Assembly (NCBI GenBank): GCA_028534125.1
Contig: CM052817.1
Coordinates: 76,696,001 to 76,760,000, forward strand
DNA: 64,000 nucleotides
Origin: Lama glama
Taxonomy: Eukaryota
Direction of reading: 5' to 3'
Shown: in pieces, positions 37,930-51,099 of the stretch
Layout of the letters: each line of letters starts with the position of its first letter
Numbering within the stretch: the first letter of the stretch is position 1
Made by a program: the position numbers and the translations under genes
The notes under the pieces: generated by a model
The model's database searches: none
What the model was told of the DNA's origin: nothing
Seen by the model: only the letters and a program-made list of their open reading frames with translations

Positions 37930-40290
37930 GAAGAAACAAGACAGAAACCCAAGCGATGACTTGGCTGAAGACAACTGCCTGCCGAACTAGGGAGCTGAGA
38001 GCAGATGGCGCTGCCCCGTAATTTTCGGCTGCCAACCGGTCCGCAGTCAAACTGGGAAGGAGGGATTGGTGCTCTGCTTAGAGCCACTGGCTTCAGTGGG
38101 TTTCCTCTGCTTGTGAAAGGAGGGGAGTGAAGGAAAAATACATGTTGCCAACACTGCCTGTGCTGTTCTGTTTGTTTCTTTGAGTAATCAGAGAGCATTG
38201 GGAGGCAGGAAAATATAGACATTACCTCCTGATGGAGGACTGAAATGAGCTGCCTATAGCTGCCATCTGTGGTATCCTTAGTGTCACCACTAGGCACGGG
38301 TCTCATGCTGCCAGGTCCCAGAGGATGACAATGGATTACCATAAACTCACTGAGGGGGTCCCAGTTGCAGTGCTGTGCCAGATGAGCTCTCCTTGCTAGA
38401 ACAGGTAACAAAGTTTCAGATATGTGGCCACTGATCTGGAGAACGTACTGGTTTCTGTCCCTACAGAGAAGAGGATCAGAAACAGCTGCAACTTGCTTGA
38501 AACATGAGTATATTTTACATTCTTACCCCAAGACAATGTCAACTCTTCCACCCTTTGCCATCATATAGTTCAAAGAGACCTGGTACAGCCAGATACACTA
38601 CAAAATTTCACTTCAGCCCATGATATTATGAATATCATATACATAATTAAACCAGTTAAGCAAGAAACAAGTATATTGGGAGCTTTGGTAAAACACATGT
38701 GATCCAAAGAATGGAAGATAAACCCTGTGAAGATTCAGGTTTCTGCCTCTTCAATAAAATGTTCAGTGGTCAGAAACCTGCCAAACATCCACTATGAAAT
38801 AAAAGGCAAATGGTTGCATCTTGGGATCCAAAGAAGGATGCCCAACACCTGAACACCTCATCAGCCTCTTTAGGATCTGAAGGCTATATATTCCACACTT
38901 GGGAATAATGCGTTATGCCTAATCACATGGAATGCTGCCAGATTTGAGGGGCCCCTAGAGTAAGAAAGGGCTCTGCCATGGGTCAAGGCTATAGTACAAG
39001 ACCTATCCCTTGACTCATTCTCTTGGCATCTTATGATGTTGGAGGTGTCAATGGTGAAAAAAAGACGGAAAGGTGAAGTTCATGGGAGAATCATAATCAG
39101 GCCCTTGAGAGCAAAACTATGCCACTTTCAAGAGAATTATATACCTTTTTTTAAAAACCTCTCTTGGTGTGCCACTGGACTCTGACAGAATACTGACCAT
39201 TGGCCACCATGTGAGGTTGCATGTGAATTGTTCAATATGGGCTGGGTTCTGACAGTCAAAAAGTTAGAGAAGTCCAGGAGCAATTCATTGTAAACTGGAA
39301 ATGGTACATCCGTGACTCAGCCTGAGAAAGACAACAGAGTAGGAGGAAGCTATGTTATCTCATGGGCCACTTAATCCATCACAGTTGGATCAGCTCTGCT
39401 CCCTCGGGTCCCTCTTATGGCCTCATGAGTTGGGGTCCTTTATGACTAGCTGACAAAAGTAAAAAATCTGAGTTGGTTTTGTCAAAAGGTTAGCTTTGGA
39501 TGTGTTTGCATTCTGAAAACGGGCTGCAGCTACACTACTGCCTGACCACTAGAGCACTGAAGAATACTGACTAGCAATATTGATCTCACCACTGGGAAAA
39601 GCTCAGACACTACATTTGCTCATCTATTCAGTGTGGAAAGAGAAGCACCTCAATGTTAGAATATATAAAGTGTATGAGCGATGATGAATGGCTTGACTGG
39701 TTGATCCAGGACCCAGAAGTAGAAATATTTGAATATTGAATCTGGATACAGCAACAGAGTGGCCATGATGGCCAGGATGGAGACTACACATGGGCCTGTC
39801 AGTATAGTTTCTCATTTACCAAGGCTGATCTAGCTACCGCTGATACCAAATGTCCACTATGCCGCAAAAGAGATCAAAACTGAGACACCAGTATGACACC
39901 AAGCCTGGCAAAGTCCAAAGGGCTGCATGGTAGAAAACGAACACATCAGATCCCTTCAAACACAAAAGGGGCAGTTACTCATATCAACTGGAATCGACAT
40001 ATTTTTGCCTTTCCTACCCACAGGGCTTCAGCCAGCAGAGGGTGTGCTTGACCTACCAACATGAAGACATTAATTGATATAACACATAAATCTGGAAACC
40101 AAGAGGGTGGGAGTGGTCCCATTTGCCACACTCATCTAAATGACTGATTTTAGAGAGTTTGTACTTCCACTTACTGTGAATCTTGGTCCTGCAGGTTTAG
40201 AAGTCTTGGATCGCAGAAAGGGGAGATGACACCAGATGACACAGTAAATATATCATTAAATTTTAAACTAGAGCTACCACCCAGTTGCTG
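37930..40290 (+). mobile_element. Degenerate ERVL/MaLR internal region (pol-like)
   Basis: RNase H-like ENYIPF/..LLVCHWTL resembling the ERVL NYTPFEKQLLACYWAL motif. Confidence 0.65.
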
Positions 40291-40564
40291 TCATGAACGG
40301 GATAGTTAGCCCGAAGACAAATCTCCTTGTCAGAGTTGGTTTTTCCAGGGCAATTGACCAGCTACAATCCCCGTCTCAGGGAAGCTTTCCTGACTACTGT
40401 ATTTAAAATGATACCTCCAATACTTCCCAGTCCTTCTCCCTGCTTAATTTTTCCCCGTGGCCCAATAGCTAACCAAGCTACTTATTATATATAGTTACAT
40501 TGTTTATTAAAACATGTGGGTAGGGAGTGTTATCCATCATTTCATTCCTGCATCCCAAGGTTTC

Positions 40565-40738
40565 TTTCTCAGTTAGCAATTGCCATGATAGTGCTGCATG
40601 ACAAAAACTCAAAACTCAGTGACTTCAAATAATCATTTTATCTCGTATGGTTATGCAGGTCAGCACAATGAGTCTATTTCATGCTACATGTCTGCATGCA
40701 CAGGGGCCCTTATTAGATATTTCATCACTCAGAGACTT
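40565..40738. mobile_element. MaLR LTR fragment
   Basis: caaaactcagtgacttcaaataatcattt. Confidence 0.5.
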
Positions 40739-41238
40739 NNNNNNNNNNNNNNNNNNNNNNNNNNNNNNNNNNNNNNNNNNNNNNNNNNNNNNNNNNNNNN
40801 NNNNNNNNNNNNNNNNNNNNNNNNNNNNNNNNNNNNNNNNNNNNNNNNNNNNNNNNNNNNNNNNNNNNNNNNNNNNNNNNNNNNNNNNNNNNNNNNNNNN
40901 NNNNNNNNNNNNNNNNNNNNNNNNNNNNNNNNNNNNNNNNNNNNNNNNNNNNNNNNNNNNNNNNNNNNNNNNNNNNNNNNNNNNNNNNNNNNNNNNNNNN
41001 NNNNNNNNNNNNNNNNNNNNNNNNNNNNNNNNNNNNNNNNNNNNNNNNNNNNNNNNNNNNNNNNNNNNNNNNNNNNNNNNNNNNNNNNNNNNNNNNNNNN
41101 NNNNNNNNNNNNNNNNNNNNNNNNNNNNNNNNNNNNNNNNNNNNNNNNNNNNNNNNNNNNNNNNNNNNNNNNNNNNNNNNNNNNNNNNNNNNNNNNNNNN
41201 NNNNNNNNNNNNNNNNNNNNNNNNNNNNNNNNNNNNNN
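40739..41238. other. Assembly gap (500 N)
   Basis: N run. Confidence 1.
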
Positions 41239-42299
41239 AAAAAAAAAAGGGAAGTACGCACATATGATGAAAATAAAACAGAGAGAAGCAATAATGGAAA
41301 CTAACAAGGAACAGTATCTGTGGAATCAGGAAATAATACGTCATGCATGTGCAGGAAGACTTTGATCTGATAGTATCAAAAATATTTAGGGAAGTATCAA
41401 CAAAGAAACTATATTTAAGAAAATTTGAGGAAAAAAATGAAGGCAGTAAAGAAAATCACTCTGGAAAATAACATCTTTTTTATTAATACAAGGCATTTAG
41501 CATTTACACTGATAATGAGAAGAAAAAATATCTTAGAGATATATCTGAGAGAAAAAGAGAGAGAAATGGGGTAGGGGAGAGAGAGATTTGTTCTTTTTAA
41601 TTTTAGAAATTACTCTTTGCCTCACTAATGGATGACACGGGCACATGTCCATAGATGTTCAAGCAAAGTCTCACACCATTTACTTTTTTAGGGTATAAAA
41701 ACAACTCATTGACTAAGAAATCTTTAATACAGCAGAGTGACATTAGAACTCTTGTTATAAAAATTAGAAACTTTCCACAAAATCCAAGACTCTAATAGCC
41801 CTAGAGTCAATACCAACTTAATAGCTGAATAAAATGTGTTGTATTTGTAATTATGTCATTATCTTATGTAACTATGTATACACACATACACACACAACCA
41901 CTCATATATGCATTCACAACAATACACATTATTCACAAAAGCAAGGAGGAAATTCTAATCCTATTGTTATTAGCTTACATTTGTTTCAAATAAAAATGTT
42001 AAACACCTAGCTAGTTAAAATTCTCTGTTATTAAATTTTTTCTAACCATTTTGTAAATATCTACTTGTTCGATAGCATGAGGTCAGGTTTTAAAAGTACA
42101 TGTATATTCATAACTATAATTTTATTTTCATGATAAAAAACCTTTTTATATGAAATTAATTTTTTTTAATTTTGCAAGAACATTCATGCAAAATCAGTAT
42201 CTTGATATTTATATAAATTTTCCTCGTTTTTTGCTTTCACATAAATACAAATATTAATCTTTTCACATACATACATGTATGTAATATATTTTATGTAGT

Positions 42300-42551
42300 C
42301 ATTAAAATTAACAGATTCTTTAAGCATATTTATTAGACACAATGAGAATAAAATTTTATTGTGTCTGTCTGTAAAGCTCCAAAGTGTTTGAAAAGAAGCA
42401 TCGTATTTTTAGCTAGTGATGGAAAAATTTCCAGATGGTAAAAATGTGGATGATAAAAATAGGCAAATTGAAATTAGAACTGTGATGGATTAATTTCCTT
42501 TTGGTTATCCTTATGTTGTTTATATTCATGCCAAGTACATGAGCCAATAGT
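42300..42551 (-). pseudogene. Exon relic, AAA4 of motor A
   Basis: Long pyrimidine tract acceptor, in phase with the preceding exon; HLEIFPSLAK ~ RLRMFPSLVN. Confidence 0.5.
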
Positions 42552-42703
42552 CTCGAAAAACACAGGCAGTTAAGAAAAGAAAATGAAAGGAAAGTTTCTA
42601 AAGTAGTTATCAATAACATTTGCACTTTGAAAATCAAAATAACTATCCACACACACAAAAACTCTTGGTTCTCTTATCAAGTTTAGCTTTTCAAAATGTA
42701 TGC

Positions 42704-42885
42704 CTTAAATTTCAAAAGCTCTTCCTTCCACATGCTCTTGGAGGTAAGTGCATACTGGAGGACTACTAGAAATAAGGTCTGCAAAATGTGGCCGCTTAGC
42801 TTTCCATTGAAAACCAGTTTCCCTACATTGTCATCTGAACAAGCAATCAAACCATTCCCAGTTAAAATGGGCTCACTGCTTTTCC
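42704..42885 (-). pseudogene. Exon relic, AAA4 of motor A
   Basis: ttttacttttcag acceptor; 60 open codons; SKSMWKEELLKF ~ NEWREDLKKL; donor reads gc. Confidence 0.6.
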
Positions 42886-43037
42886 CTGAAAAGTAAAAAT
42901 CAACTTATCAAACACCAGCGAAACAAAGTAGGCAGAAATCAAGAAAAATAAAATTCTCCCAAAGTGGAGGTTAATTTTTCAATTGTCTCCTCTTCATATC
43001 TAAAATTATTTTCTATCAATGAATGGTAAGTTTTTAC

Positions 43038-43193
43038 TGACAATGTTCACTAGCATTGTTCTTGGCTTTAAAAAGCAACAGTGAAAGCTGAATTTTAATA
43101 CCCCAAACTCCCACAAGGAGCGTCTTTTTTTGGCAGTTATTTAGCTGAAGACCCCCTGTGGAAGAATCTTGGCATGTGTTGGATCCCTTTTCC
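43038..43193 (-). pseudogene. Exon relic, AAA4 P-loop of motor A
   Basis: ttttcctgcag acceptor; GIQHMPR../KTLLVGVWGIKIQLS ~ AIEHICR..ALLVGVGGSGKQSL (needs a 1-nt indel in an A7 run). Confidence 0.65.
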
Positions 43194-43401
43194 CTGCAGG
43201 AAAATAGCACCAACTATCACACTGGCTATTCATGCAGTGAAACATAGATCAATGGAAATGCCACTGAATGGATATTTCCTAGTTTTATGTATTTTGGCTT
43301 CTAAAAAATCTCTTGAAATAATTCAGTATTTGTTATTGACAACTAACTATTCTTCTATTTCAATATTTCTGTAACATGTTTCAAAATACCCACATGTATA
43401 C

Positions 43402-43690
43402 CAAGACTCAGGGTTCTGTGGCTAAATACCACAGAAAAATGCTGGAATGAATGCACTAAATCCTTGTCTTTGGCATAGGCATCCTCAGACATATTAATAT
43501 GCTAATGAGCACCATTGGTCTCCAGAAGGGCTCCACTGCTTGCAGCTGTTCCAATATATATTCTTAGCTCCTCTGCTAGAGTCCTCTTGTCCCTCGATTC
43601 CTAGGTGACATTGCCTCAAATGTGAACTCTCATTCTTTGGATTCTGAAAGTCTAATGCCACTATCAAAATTTCACACACTCCTTAAGGAG
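43402..43690 (-). pseudogene. Exon relic, pre-AAA4 of motor A
   Basis: Strong polypyrimidine acceptor, gtatac donor; RTLAEELRIY.. region. Confidence 0.55.
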
Positions 43691-44488
43691 CTGAGAAAGG
43701 GTAGAGAAAAGACATATTTTGGAGCCCCTATGCTTATTTAATTTTGTGAACTCCTTAAGAAAACATACCATAAAAGTACTAATATATAATAAGGCATAAA
43801 AGTTCACACTTGAGAGGAAAGAAGAAATCACAGCCAACTTGCACATTTTGAAAGCTGATAAATTCCACAAACATCATCACAATGTCCATAAAAGTAATAT
43901 TTTTATTAAATGTCTGAAATACTTTTATTATTTTTTTTCCTACAATTGTTATCTATACACTCTGTTTCTTCATATGACAACAATTTTATAATAACTTTTC
44001 TGCGGGGAAAAGAAACAAGTCTCCTTGCATAGGTGACAAAAATTTGCTTTTTCTATTTGAAAGTTTAGGAGTTACTTTCAATATAACAAATTGATCCTGA
44101 TGATATCTTACAAGTTTTTAGGACAGTTGTCAAATTTGCATAATTTTCTATCAAATTTCTTTCTTATATGAACTGTAATATTTTACCATTTCAATTTTTC
44201 TTCTGTACTGACCAGTATTAACTATTCCTTGAATGGATGATGCCTATTCACCACTTTGTCTCCAATGTGTGCTAAAATGACATATTATGGTTATGTGTGT
44301 TACCTTTAATGATATCAGTAGTTTGTGTTAATTTACTATTTTAATGTGTTCAATATAATCCACGTACTCTATCTCAAACCACCCATTTCGGTTAGTATTT
44401 AGGTTTATTCAGCTTCTCAACTTTGCCATCTAGTATGTAACAAACAGAGTGCTTTGTATGTGAATGTATAAATGCAAGTAGTTTTTAC

Positions 44489-44658
44489 TGCAACATTTAG
44501 GAAAAGAACTTTAGAGAATTAAGAAGGGAGAAAATGCTTTCTGCCACAGCAATAGAGGCCAATGCTACTTGAGATTACAAATTGAGGCTGAAGACTGCAC
44601 TGATGAGACGTCACACTGAGAAGAGTGACGAGAGTATCAATGTTACTGTTTTCTGGCC
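44489..44658 (-). pseudogene. Exon relic, AAA3 lid / pre-AAA4 of motor A
   Basis: tgtgtttag acceptor, gtaaaa donor; 56 codons with a single stop. Confidence 0.5.
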
Positions 44659-45584
44659 CTAAACACAGAATAGTGTTAAAATTTAAACTTTAACTATTTT
44701 CCTTTGTTTCCTGCAGTCATAACAAATGTATTTGTAATTTATTTGCATAATAAATGACTTTTTTCCCAAGACCTTGAAGTTTTAATACTTACTATTAGAA
44801 CTAGTAGAACATAATCTTTAATATCAATTGCTCTTGCTTATTTATTGGTTATCTTATGTAACAAAGTCCAAATTGGAATCTCTGATTGATGAGGATAATA
44901 TTTGTTATTGACAACTATTCTATTTCAATATTTCCAAAACATGTTTCAAAAATACCTACATATATACCAAGACTCAGGGTATTAGCTGCTTTTTTATTTT
45001 TAATAAGTGAATCTTAATTTTATTTGCCTAATTTCCTTTTGTATATAAAGGGTGGGTGGGCAAGAAGGTGGCTTTGCTGGATTCCTTATATTAAAGAAAT
45101 GTATGTAAGAGTGTTTTCCATTCACATAGATTTTACTTTGTTAACGTGGTCCTGTAATTTTTAGTTGATAGTTTAGAATCTTTTCATTGACACAATGCAT
45201 GTGTTCATTTACCTTTGACAAAAATAAGATTGGTCCTATATTTCCCTTTTTGATATTTTGTCAGGTTTTCCCTTTTTAATGTTTTGTCAGGCTTTTATAT
45301 TAGAGTCAAAAATTTCCATAAAAGTAAATTGGAAAGTTTATTTTTGAAATATCATGGGATTATTTAGACATTATAGCACAGACAGAACTTTGGGCGTCAA
45401 TTTTAGTTTTGTTCTGTTGAGGGGGAGGAGGTGATCTTAAATCTTTAATGAGTCTGATTCTTGTAGATTGTTGTGTTGAGTTCATCTCTTTTGAAGTTAA
45501 TTTGATTAAATTATATTTTCTTTGAAAGCTATTCCTTTCATTCAGGTTTCAAGTTTCAATAGAAATGAGCAAATTATTCATGTT

Positions 45585-46040
45585 AGCCAGTAGTCAGGAG
45601 AACAGAAACCACTCTAGGTATTCAAATAGAGGACATTTAATATAGGGAATTGGTTTTATAAGTGATGGAAAAGCTGAATGGCTAAACAGAAGACAGTAAA
45701 GAACCCCAAAGAAAGCGGTAGCAGGAAGCTGCTACCCTAGAGGGACAGAGGAAACAGGTACTGTCACCAGAGCCCACAAACCAGGGCTGTAAAGTGAGAA
45801 CAAGAAACCAGCAGGAGAGGCCTGGGGGAAGCAAAGACCATGACAGGGAGGGACTGCTCAGTGAGCGTTAGAATCACAGAGAAGATGTAGATGCCTTCTA
45901 AAGCACTGTCAGAAATACCCTGGATTTTCCATTGGGAAAGACCACCAGGGAGCTGGAAAAACACCATTCCCACTGGTACAGAGCAGAACTAGAAAATTCA
46001 GGGAATGGATCCAAGAGCAATCTGGAGATGAAGTTTTAAT
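45585..46040. mobile_element. ERVL-type LTR fragment
   Basis: caggagaacagaaaccactctaggtatt..atttaatatagggaattggt. Confidence 0.55.
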
Positions 46041-46199
46041 TTTCTTTTATATCTCCTCACTATCTTAATTTGTATATACATGCACATAGATTACACTTTA
46101 TATCATGTTTAGAATAGCTAACTGATGATCTATTTTATTATTTTTTTTTTCAAAGACCCAGGCAGTATCCATTTCTAGTAATATGGCCTATTAGATCTT

Positions 46200-46700
46200 G
46201 AAAACTTACTGCTTCAAAATTTTTGGACACTAAAAGTGATTATATTCTGTGCACAGCTGCCAGAAGAGCCTTAGCCAGCACCTCTCTCCAAAAGCACAGT
46301 GCCTGATCCATAGACAGGACCCCATATAATCCTGCATAGGAACAAGGCACTCATTGTAGAGCAAAGGAGGTGTGACAGTGGGCACATTCCCACTGGATTC
46401 ACTGCCTTCATCACATATCATACTGCTCAGGAGCTGCCAGCCTGATAGAGCCATTGAAAGGCTTTTTGAAGGTACAATCGAGGCATCGGCTTGGGAATGA
46501 GAACTTGAGAGGTTGTGGTCCATCCACATGACACAGAATACCCCCTATATCAACAAGCATTATATGGTGCTGTGTCCCTAACAGGTATAAAATGTGAAAC
46601 TGGAAACCATGGGTTAAACATAGACAGTTCCCTCTTACTATAAATTCATATTGCCTCCCTTGGGGAATTTGTTCTTCCTATCCCCTCAACTTTAGTCTCT
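46200..46700 (+). mobile_element. ERVL/MaLR internal fragment (integrase-like)
   Basis: gagctgccagcctgatagagccattgaaaggctttttgaagg. Confidence 0.55.
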
Positions 46701-47117
46701 GTACATGGTATGCACCATATTAGTGTTCATTGTTATTTTTATTTTAATAGTAAATTATTATTTGATATCGTATGAATATCATATGATATTCAGATGAGTT
46801 GCCTTTCACCCTAGCCAAGAAAGTGCTTTTGAACAAAAGTCCCATATTAAAAACCTATAATATGACAAAATTAAAAACATGTAATAATCAAAAGCATGAT
46901 AAAATATGAATACATGTTTTTTATAGTTACCAACAAGTACTCACAATTACCCATTTTTCACTTCCTGTTTTGTCTTGACCAAATTGTGTGTGCGTCTCCT
47001 TAACTATGAATTTCTAGCCCTAATCTCTTAAAAAAAATCCCTTAAAAACCTCTTGAAGATTTTATTTTCTTACTTTAATTTTTCTTACAATTCCAGCTGA
47101 CAAATTGATATTCTTAC

Positions 47118-47400
47118 TAACTTAGACACATTTTGTTTGTGAATTATGATTTATTACAGAATTCGTCATGGCCACTTGGCAAGCTGTTGTGGTGAGGAGA
47201 TAGGAGACAAGCACTCTGAGTAGCCTAACAGTATCTTCAGGAGGTGAGGACAATAGACATCCTGGAAGAGACTGCGTAGGTCAGTTAATGTTACCTACCT
47301 CAGCTAGGGAATATGAGAAGCTCCAAACGTATAAACTGAATGAGGAGACACGTTTTCAAGAACACGACATCTTCAAAATAGAATCTTGAGAAAAACACAC
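47118..47400 (-). pseudogene. Exon relic, AAA3 lid of motor A
   Basis: ttctaccgtag acceptor, gtaaga donor; TLTDLRSLFQDV..ISSPQQLAKW ~ NLRDLSRVFQG..IKTPDDLLRLW. Confidence 0.65.
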
Positions 47401-47524
47401 CTACGGTAGAAATGAACAAATAAACTGTCACATAAGAATTATCTTTATCAATGCTGGTTATTGCAGCAAAGAATTTTATTCAAAATAGAAAGCATGTGGG
47501 AGGTTATAATGAAGTATATTTCAC

Positions 47525-47741
47525 TAAATCTTAAGGCTGTGTAGAGTTTACAAAAATTACAGCAATTGCCTAATATAAAAAAGGAAGAAGAGGAGGAGGG
47601 GGAGAGGAAGAGGAGGAATAACACAAGCAGCAGCTGCAACTCTTTCTTTCAAAGGACCATTGGCAAACATCAATGCCAATGTAAAGATAATGCCCATTGC
47701 TTAAATCTGGACCCAAGAGAACTTTCAGACATAAAGCAGAT
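47525..47741 (-). pseudogene. Exon relic, AAA3 of motor A
   Basis: ttatag acceptor; PPPPLLPFLY*AIAVIFVNSTQP*DL ~ NPISPRFLRHFNVISITEPDDESL. Confidence 0.45.
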
Positions 47742-47929
47742 CTATAATTTAAATAAAAAATATATTCCCAATTCAGGTGTGCTGTTGATTGACATGAAAA
47801 GAATTCACTGACCCTTAGGAAATAGGAATTAAAAAAAAATCTAAATGGTCCTTTAGTAAGCTTACAATTATACTAGGACTGCTATCTAGATAACTTCTTT
47901 AATATGTTTAGCATGTTAAATAAGATATA

Positions 47930-48340
47930 TTACCTGCCCCAAATCCGTAACCCTAGATTAACCACAAGAAAATATCAAACAAAAGTTCTAAAAAATACCT
48001 GACTCTTTATAATTGTCAAGGTCATGAGAAACAAGCAAAACAGAGAAATGATCATAGACTGGAGGAGAAAAAGGAGACGTCAGGATTAAATGCAATGGAA
48101 TATCCTGGATTGGATGTTAGAACAGAAAAATGACTACTAGTGGAAAAACTGGAAAAATCTAAATAAAGTCTATAGTTTGGTTAATTGTATTGGAGTCATG
48201 TTAATTTCTTAGTTTTGACAAATGGTTATGTAAAATATTATCATTTGGGAGAAGCGAGGTGAAGGGTATACAGAAACTCTCTATACCATCCTTGCAACTT
48301 TTCTACAGATCTGAAATTATTCCAAAATAAAAGCTTGTTA
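47930..48340 (+). mobile_element. L1M 3' UTR fragment
   Basis: taaatgcaatggaatatcctggattggat..tctgaaattattccaaaataaaag. Confidence 0.75.
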
Positions 48341-48669
48341 AACATATATTATACAATACAAATTTAATGGTTTTCTTTGTAACATATTTCTATGTACCCT
48401 TTATCTTTCAGGACCAGGTAATACTGTACTGCTTTAATGATTAAAAGACATTTTATTCACTATGTTTCCACTATTAACATTACTATAAAAGCTACAAAGA
48501 TAAAGACATAACTCACATATAAACACATATCACATTTACTAGATTTCAAAAATAAATAACATTTGTAGATTTGATTATTTGAAGCTCATCTTGTATTTTA
48601 ATAAAACTGATATCCCTATAATAAAAATGTTACAAACATTTTTGAGTTTATAAATTTTATTTTATAGTT

Positions 48670-49060
48670 ATTATTATTAGCCAACATTAATGAATAACAT
48701 TGCATGTCTGGCATTATTCTAAGCACTGTATTCATTGATTTAATTAACAATTATTTAATGAGTTCTTACAATGTGGCTGACACTGTTCTAAGCACTCGAG
48801 ACACACCAATAAGCAAAAAAGATAGCCTCCGTTACAGAACTTACAAGTGGAATAGATAGACAATAAATAGATATGCAACAAGTTTACGTCAGGCAATGGT
48901 AAGTATGATCAGGAAAAGTGAATCATTGAGGAGGAGAGCTATTTTAGACATATCAGCTTTTCAATCGTGGTGACATTTGAACAGAAGTCTGAGTGAAAAG
49001 ATGTAAAGATAGGACATTTAAGGAAAGATATGCTGAGTAGAGAAATTAAGACAAAATAAA
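48670..49060 (-). mobile_element. L2/MIR fragments
   Basis: aacaattatttaatgagttcttacaatgtggctgacactgttctaagc. Confidence 0.55.
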
Positions 49061-49374
49061 TAAGCAAGAGCTTTGAGAAAGTCATAAAAACAGCATCTAT
49101 CATGATCTATAGGTGGTAAATAAACTGTTTAAACATAATAGAGTTATATCGGTTCATACTAAAATAACGATGGAAAATGTTTGCAAGTACCTACAGGGAG
49201 TAAGACAATTATTAAGGAAGAGAGGATAGAGAGGTTTCTTATTTCACAATAAGCTCTTCTGAAACATTTAATCTTTACTATGCACATATATTACTTTGCT
49301 AAAGATTAAACTATTTATCTAACCCCAAGTCTTTGCACAGTACTCCATACAGCTCCATTATATAATTATCGTAC

Positions 49375-49768
49375 TGGATTTATGCTTAATGAGTACGGGG
49401 CTATGTTTATATCAAATACTGAACTTTAAAATAAGAATTGAAAATCTCTGCTACTATTTCACTAAGTTGGACTTAACAAGCTTTTCCATCTGTTCTCTTT
49501 TTCCCAAGAGCAACATTTCAATCATGAATGTGCCTGCATCCATTTCCTACTTAGCCTCACCTTCTTCAGAAGTCTTAAATAATTGCTAAATTTCTGAGTA
49601 AAATTCTCTGTTTTCATCAGAGCTAACAAACACTAAAGGTAACTTTAATTCTCAAGCATACTGTCTGGCTAAGAGTTTAGGAGAAGTTCCTGAACATATT
49701 GTGAACATCTCAAAGTACATAATTTCTTTCTTCTGTGTCAGTACTTTACCAAAGTCTCTTAAGGAGTT
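49375..49768 (-). pseudogene. Exon relic, AAA3 start of motor A
   Basis: ttctcccccag acceptor; one frame of about 130 codons with scattered stops; MLLLGK..KLVKSNL..RFSILILKFS ~ VLLVGP..IVKNYL..YSVLNINFS. Confidence 0.65.
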
Positions 49769-49961
49769 CTGGGGGAGAACAGACTGTAATCACTCATGGA
49801 AAATAAGAACAGGAAATATGATAATAAGTTCCAAATATATTTAGCATGATAAAACTTTGACGAGCTGCAAATGCACTATATTCTATGTCTTTTTTTTTTA
49901 AAACAGTACTTCAGAGAAATTTGTCATTGGCATTCAAAATTAATGTTGCCATTAATAAATA

Positions 49962-50237
49962 CAGTTAACCCTTGAGCAACAGGGAGGTTAGGGGTCCCGA
50001 CCATTATGCAGTAGAAAAATAAGCATATAACTTTACAGTCAGTCCTCCATACATCCACAGATTCAACCAACCACAGATTCTACATCCACAGATTCAACAG
50101 ATTCTACATCCACAGATTCTACATCCACAGATTCAACCAACCACAGCATCATGTATTAACCACAGTACGCACTATAGAAAAAAATCCACATATAAGCAGA
50201 TCCTTGCAGTTCAAACACATTGGACAAGAATCAACAG
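49962..50237. mobile_element. Tigger-derived MITE
   Basis: TA-flanked cagttaacccttg...aagaatcaacag imperfect TIRs. Confidence 0.75.
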
Positions 50238-50457
50238 TACTAAAATGTATGGCCTGTGCTTATTGTTTTAATTCTGTGTCTAAAGCATTATCAAACTGTA
50301 GCACAATGTTTAGGTATTATCTTTCTTAAAAAGTAGGAACACATCTTTATCAGATGCTCTCAGATATTAATCGATAACAATGTACTTAGACATTTGATTT
50401 GATTTTTTTCAATAAACAGTGTGTGTGGATAAGTTTATTTAAGAATAAGGGTAAATT

Positions 50458-50480
50458 TCAATAAAAAACGTTAAAAAAAA
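50458..50480 (+). mobile_element. Extremely 5'-truncated L1 tail
   Basis: tcaataaaaaacgttaaaaaaaa flanked by a 17-bp TSD aagaataagggtaaatt. Confidence 0.75.
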
Positions 50481-50494
50481 AAGAATAAGGGTAA

Positions 50495-51055
50495 ATTAAG
50501 TAAAATGACTTCACTAAAACAAAGACCAAAAGGTTGAAAAGATCTTCATTTAAAAATACTTCTTTACTCCTTAAAATATTTTTCATAATTACTCCCTTTT
50601 TCTCTTTCCGGAAGCACGTAACTAACCCTGTGCATTATACTCCCAGATGTTCATGATCAAATTGAATGTCTTTAATTTAGTCAAATCCATATTAGCTTTT
50701 GCCAATTTTTGTTAAAGTAGAAAAAATCAAATAACTGATGGAAAAAATGATATTATCTCACGAGCTATCATTTTAGTAAATGTAGTGTTGTCACTTAGTT
50801 ATATCAAAAAATAAAGACCTTTACCTTTAGTCATTTGGTTCCTAATAAAGAATTGCATTTTATTTTTTAACATTGGTGTTTATAAAAGTATGTTGACCTG
50901 TGTAAAAATCACTGGAGATTAGTATTTATACCACATATTATTCTTTAATAATGTGAAATTTAAATATAAATGGATATAGCATGTAATCGGGGATAAAGCA
51001 ATGTCACTTCTAGGAAACTCACATTCGAAGTCATGTGAAATTCATTGAAGAGTTC
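50495..51055 (-). pseudogene. Exon relic(s), AAA2 of motor A
   Basis: catttag acceptor; ELFNEFHMTSN ~ ELYGEFDLTTN; NWQKLI ~ GWKPLV; DLFNLLVFVLVKSF ~ HLEKLFVFALIWSF. Confidence 0.6.
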
Positions 51056-51099
51056 CTAAATGTTATTTATTATGCCAACATTATTTAATGAAAATATTC

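Noticed and set aside
37902..38411. 169-aa ORF on the minus strand
   Set aside because: Lies mostly in degenerate ERVL/MaLR sequence; no recognisable domain.
42300..44658. Phase-compatible exon chain as a live coding gene
   Set aside because: In-frame stops in most exons, one gc donor, and the motif-bearing frame of the 43193 exon needs an indel.
46773..46792. Perfect 20-bp palindrome tgaatatcatatgatattca
   Set aside because: AT-rich and isolated, with no supporting context.
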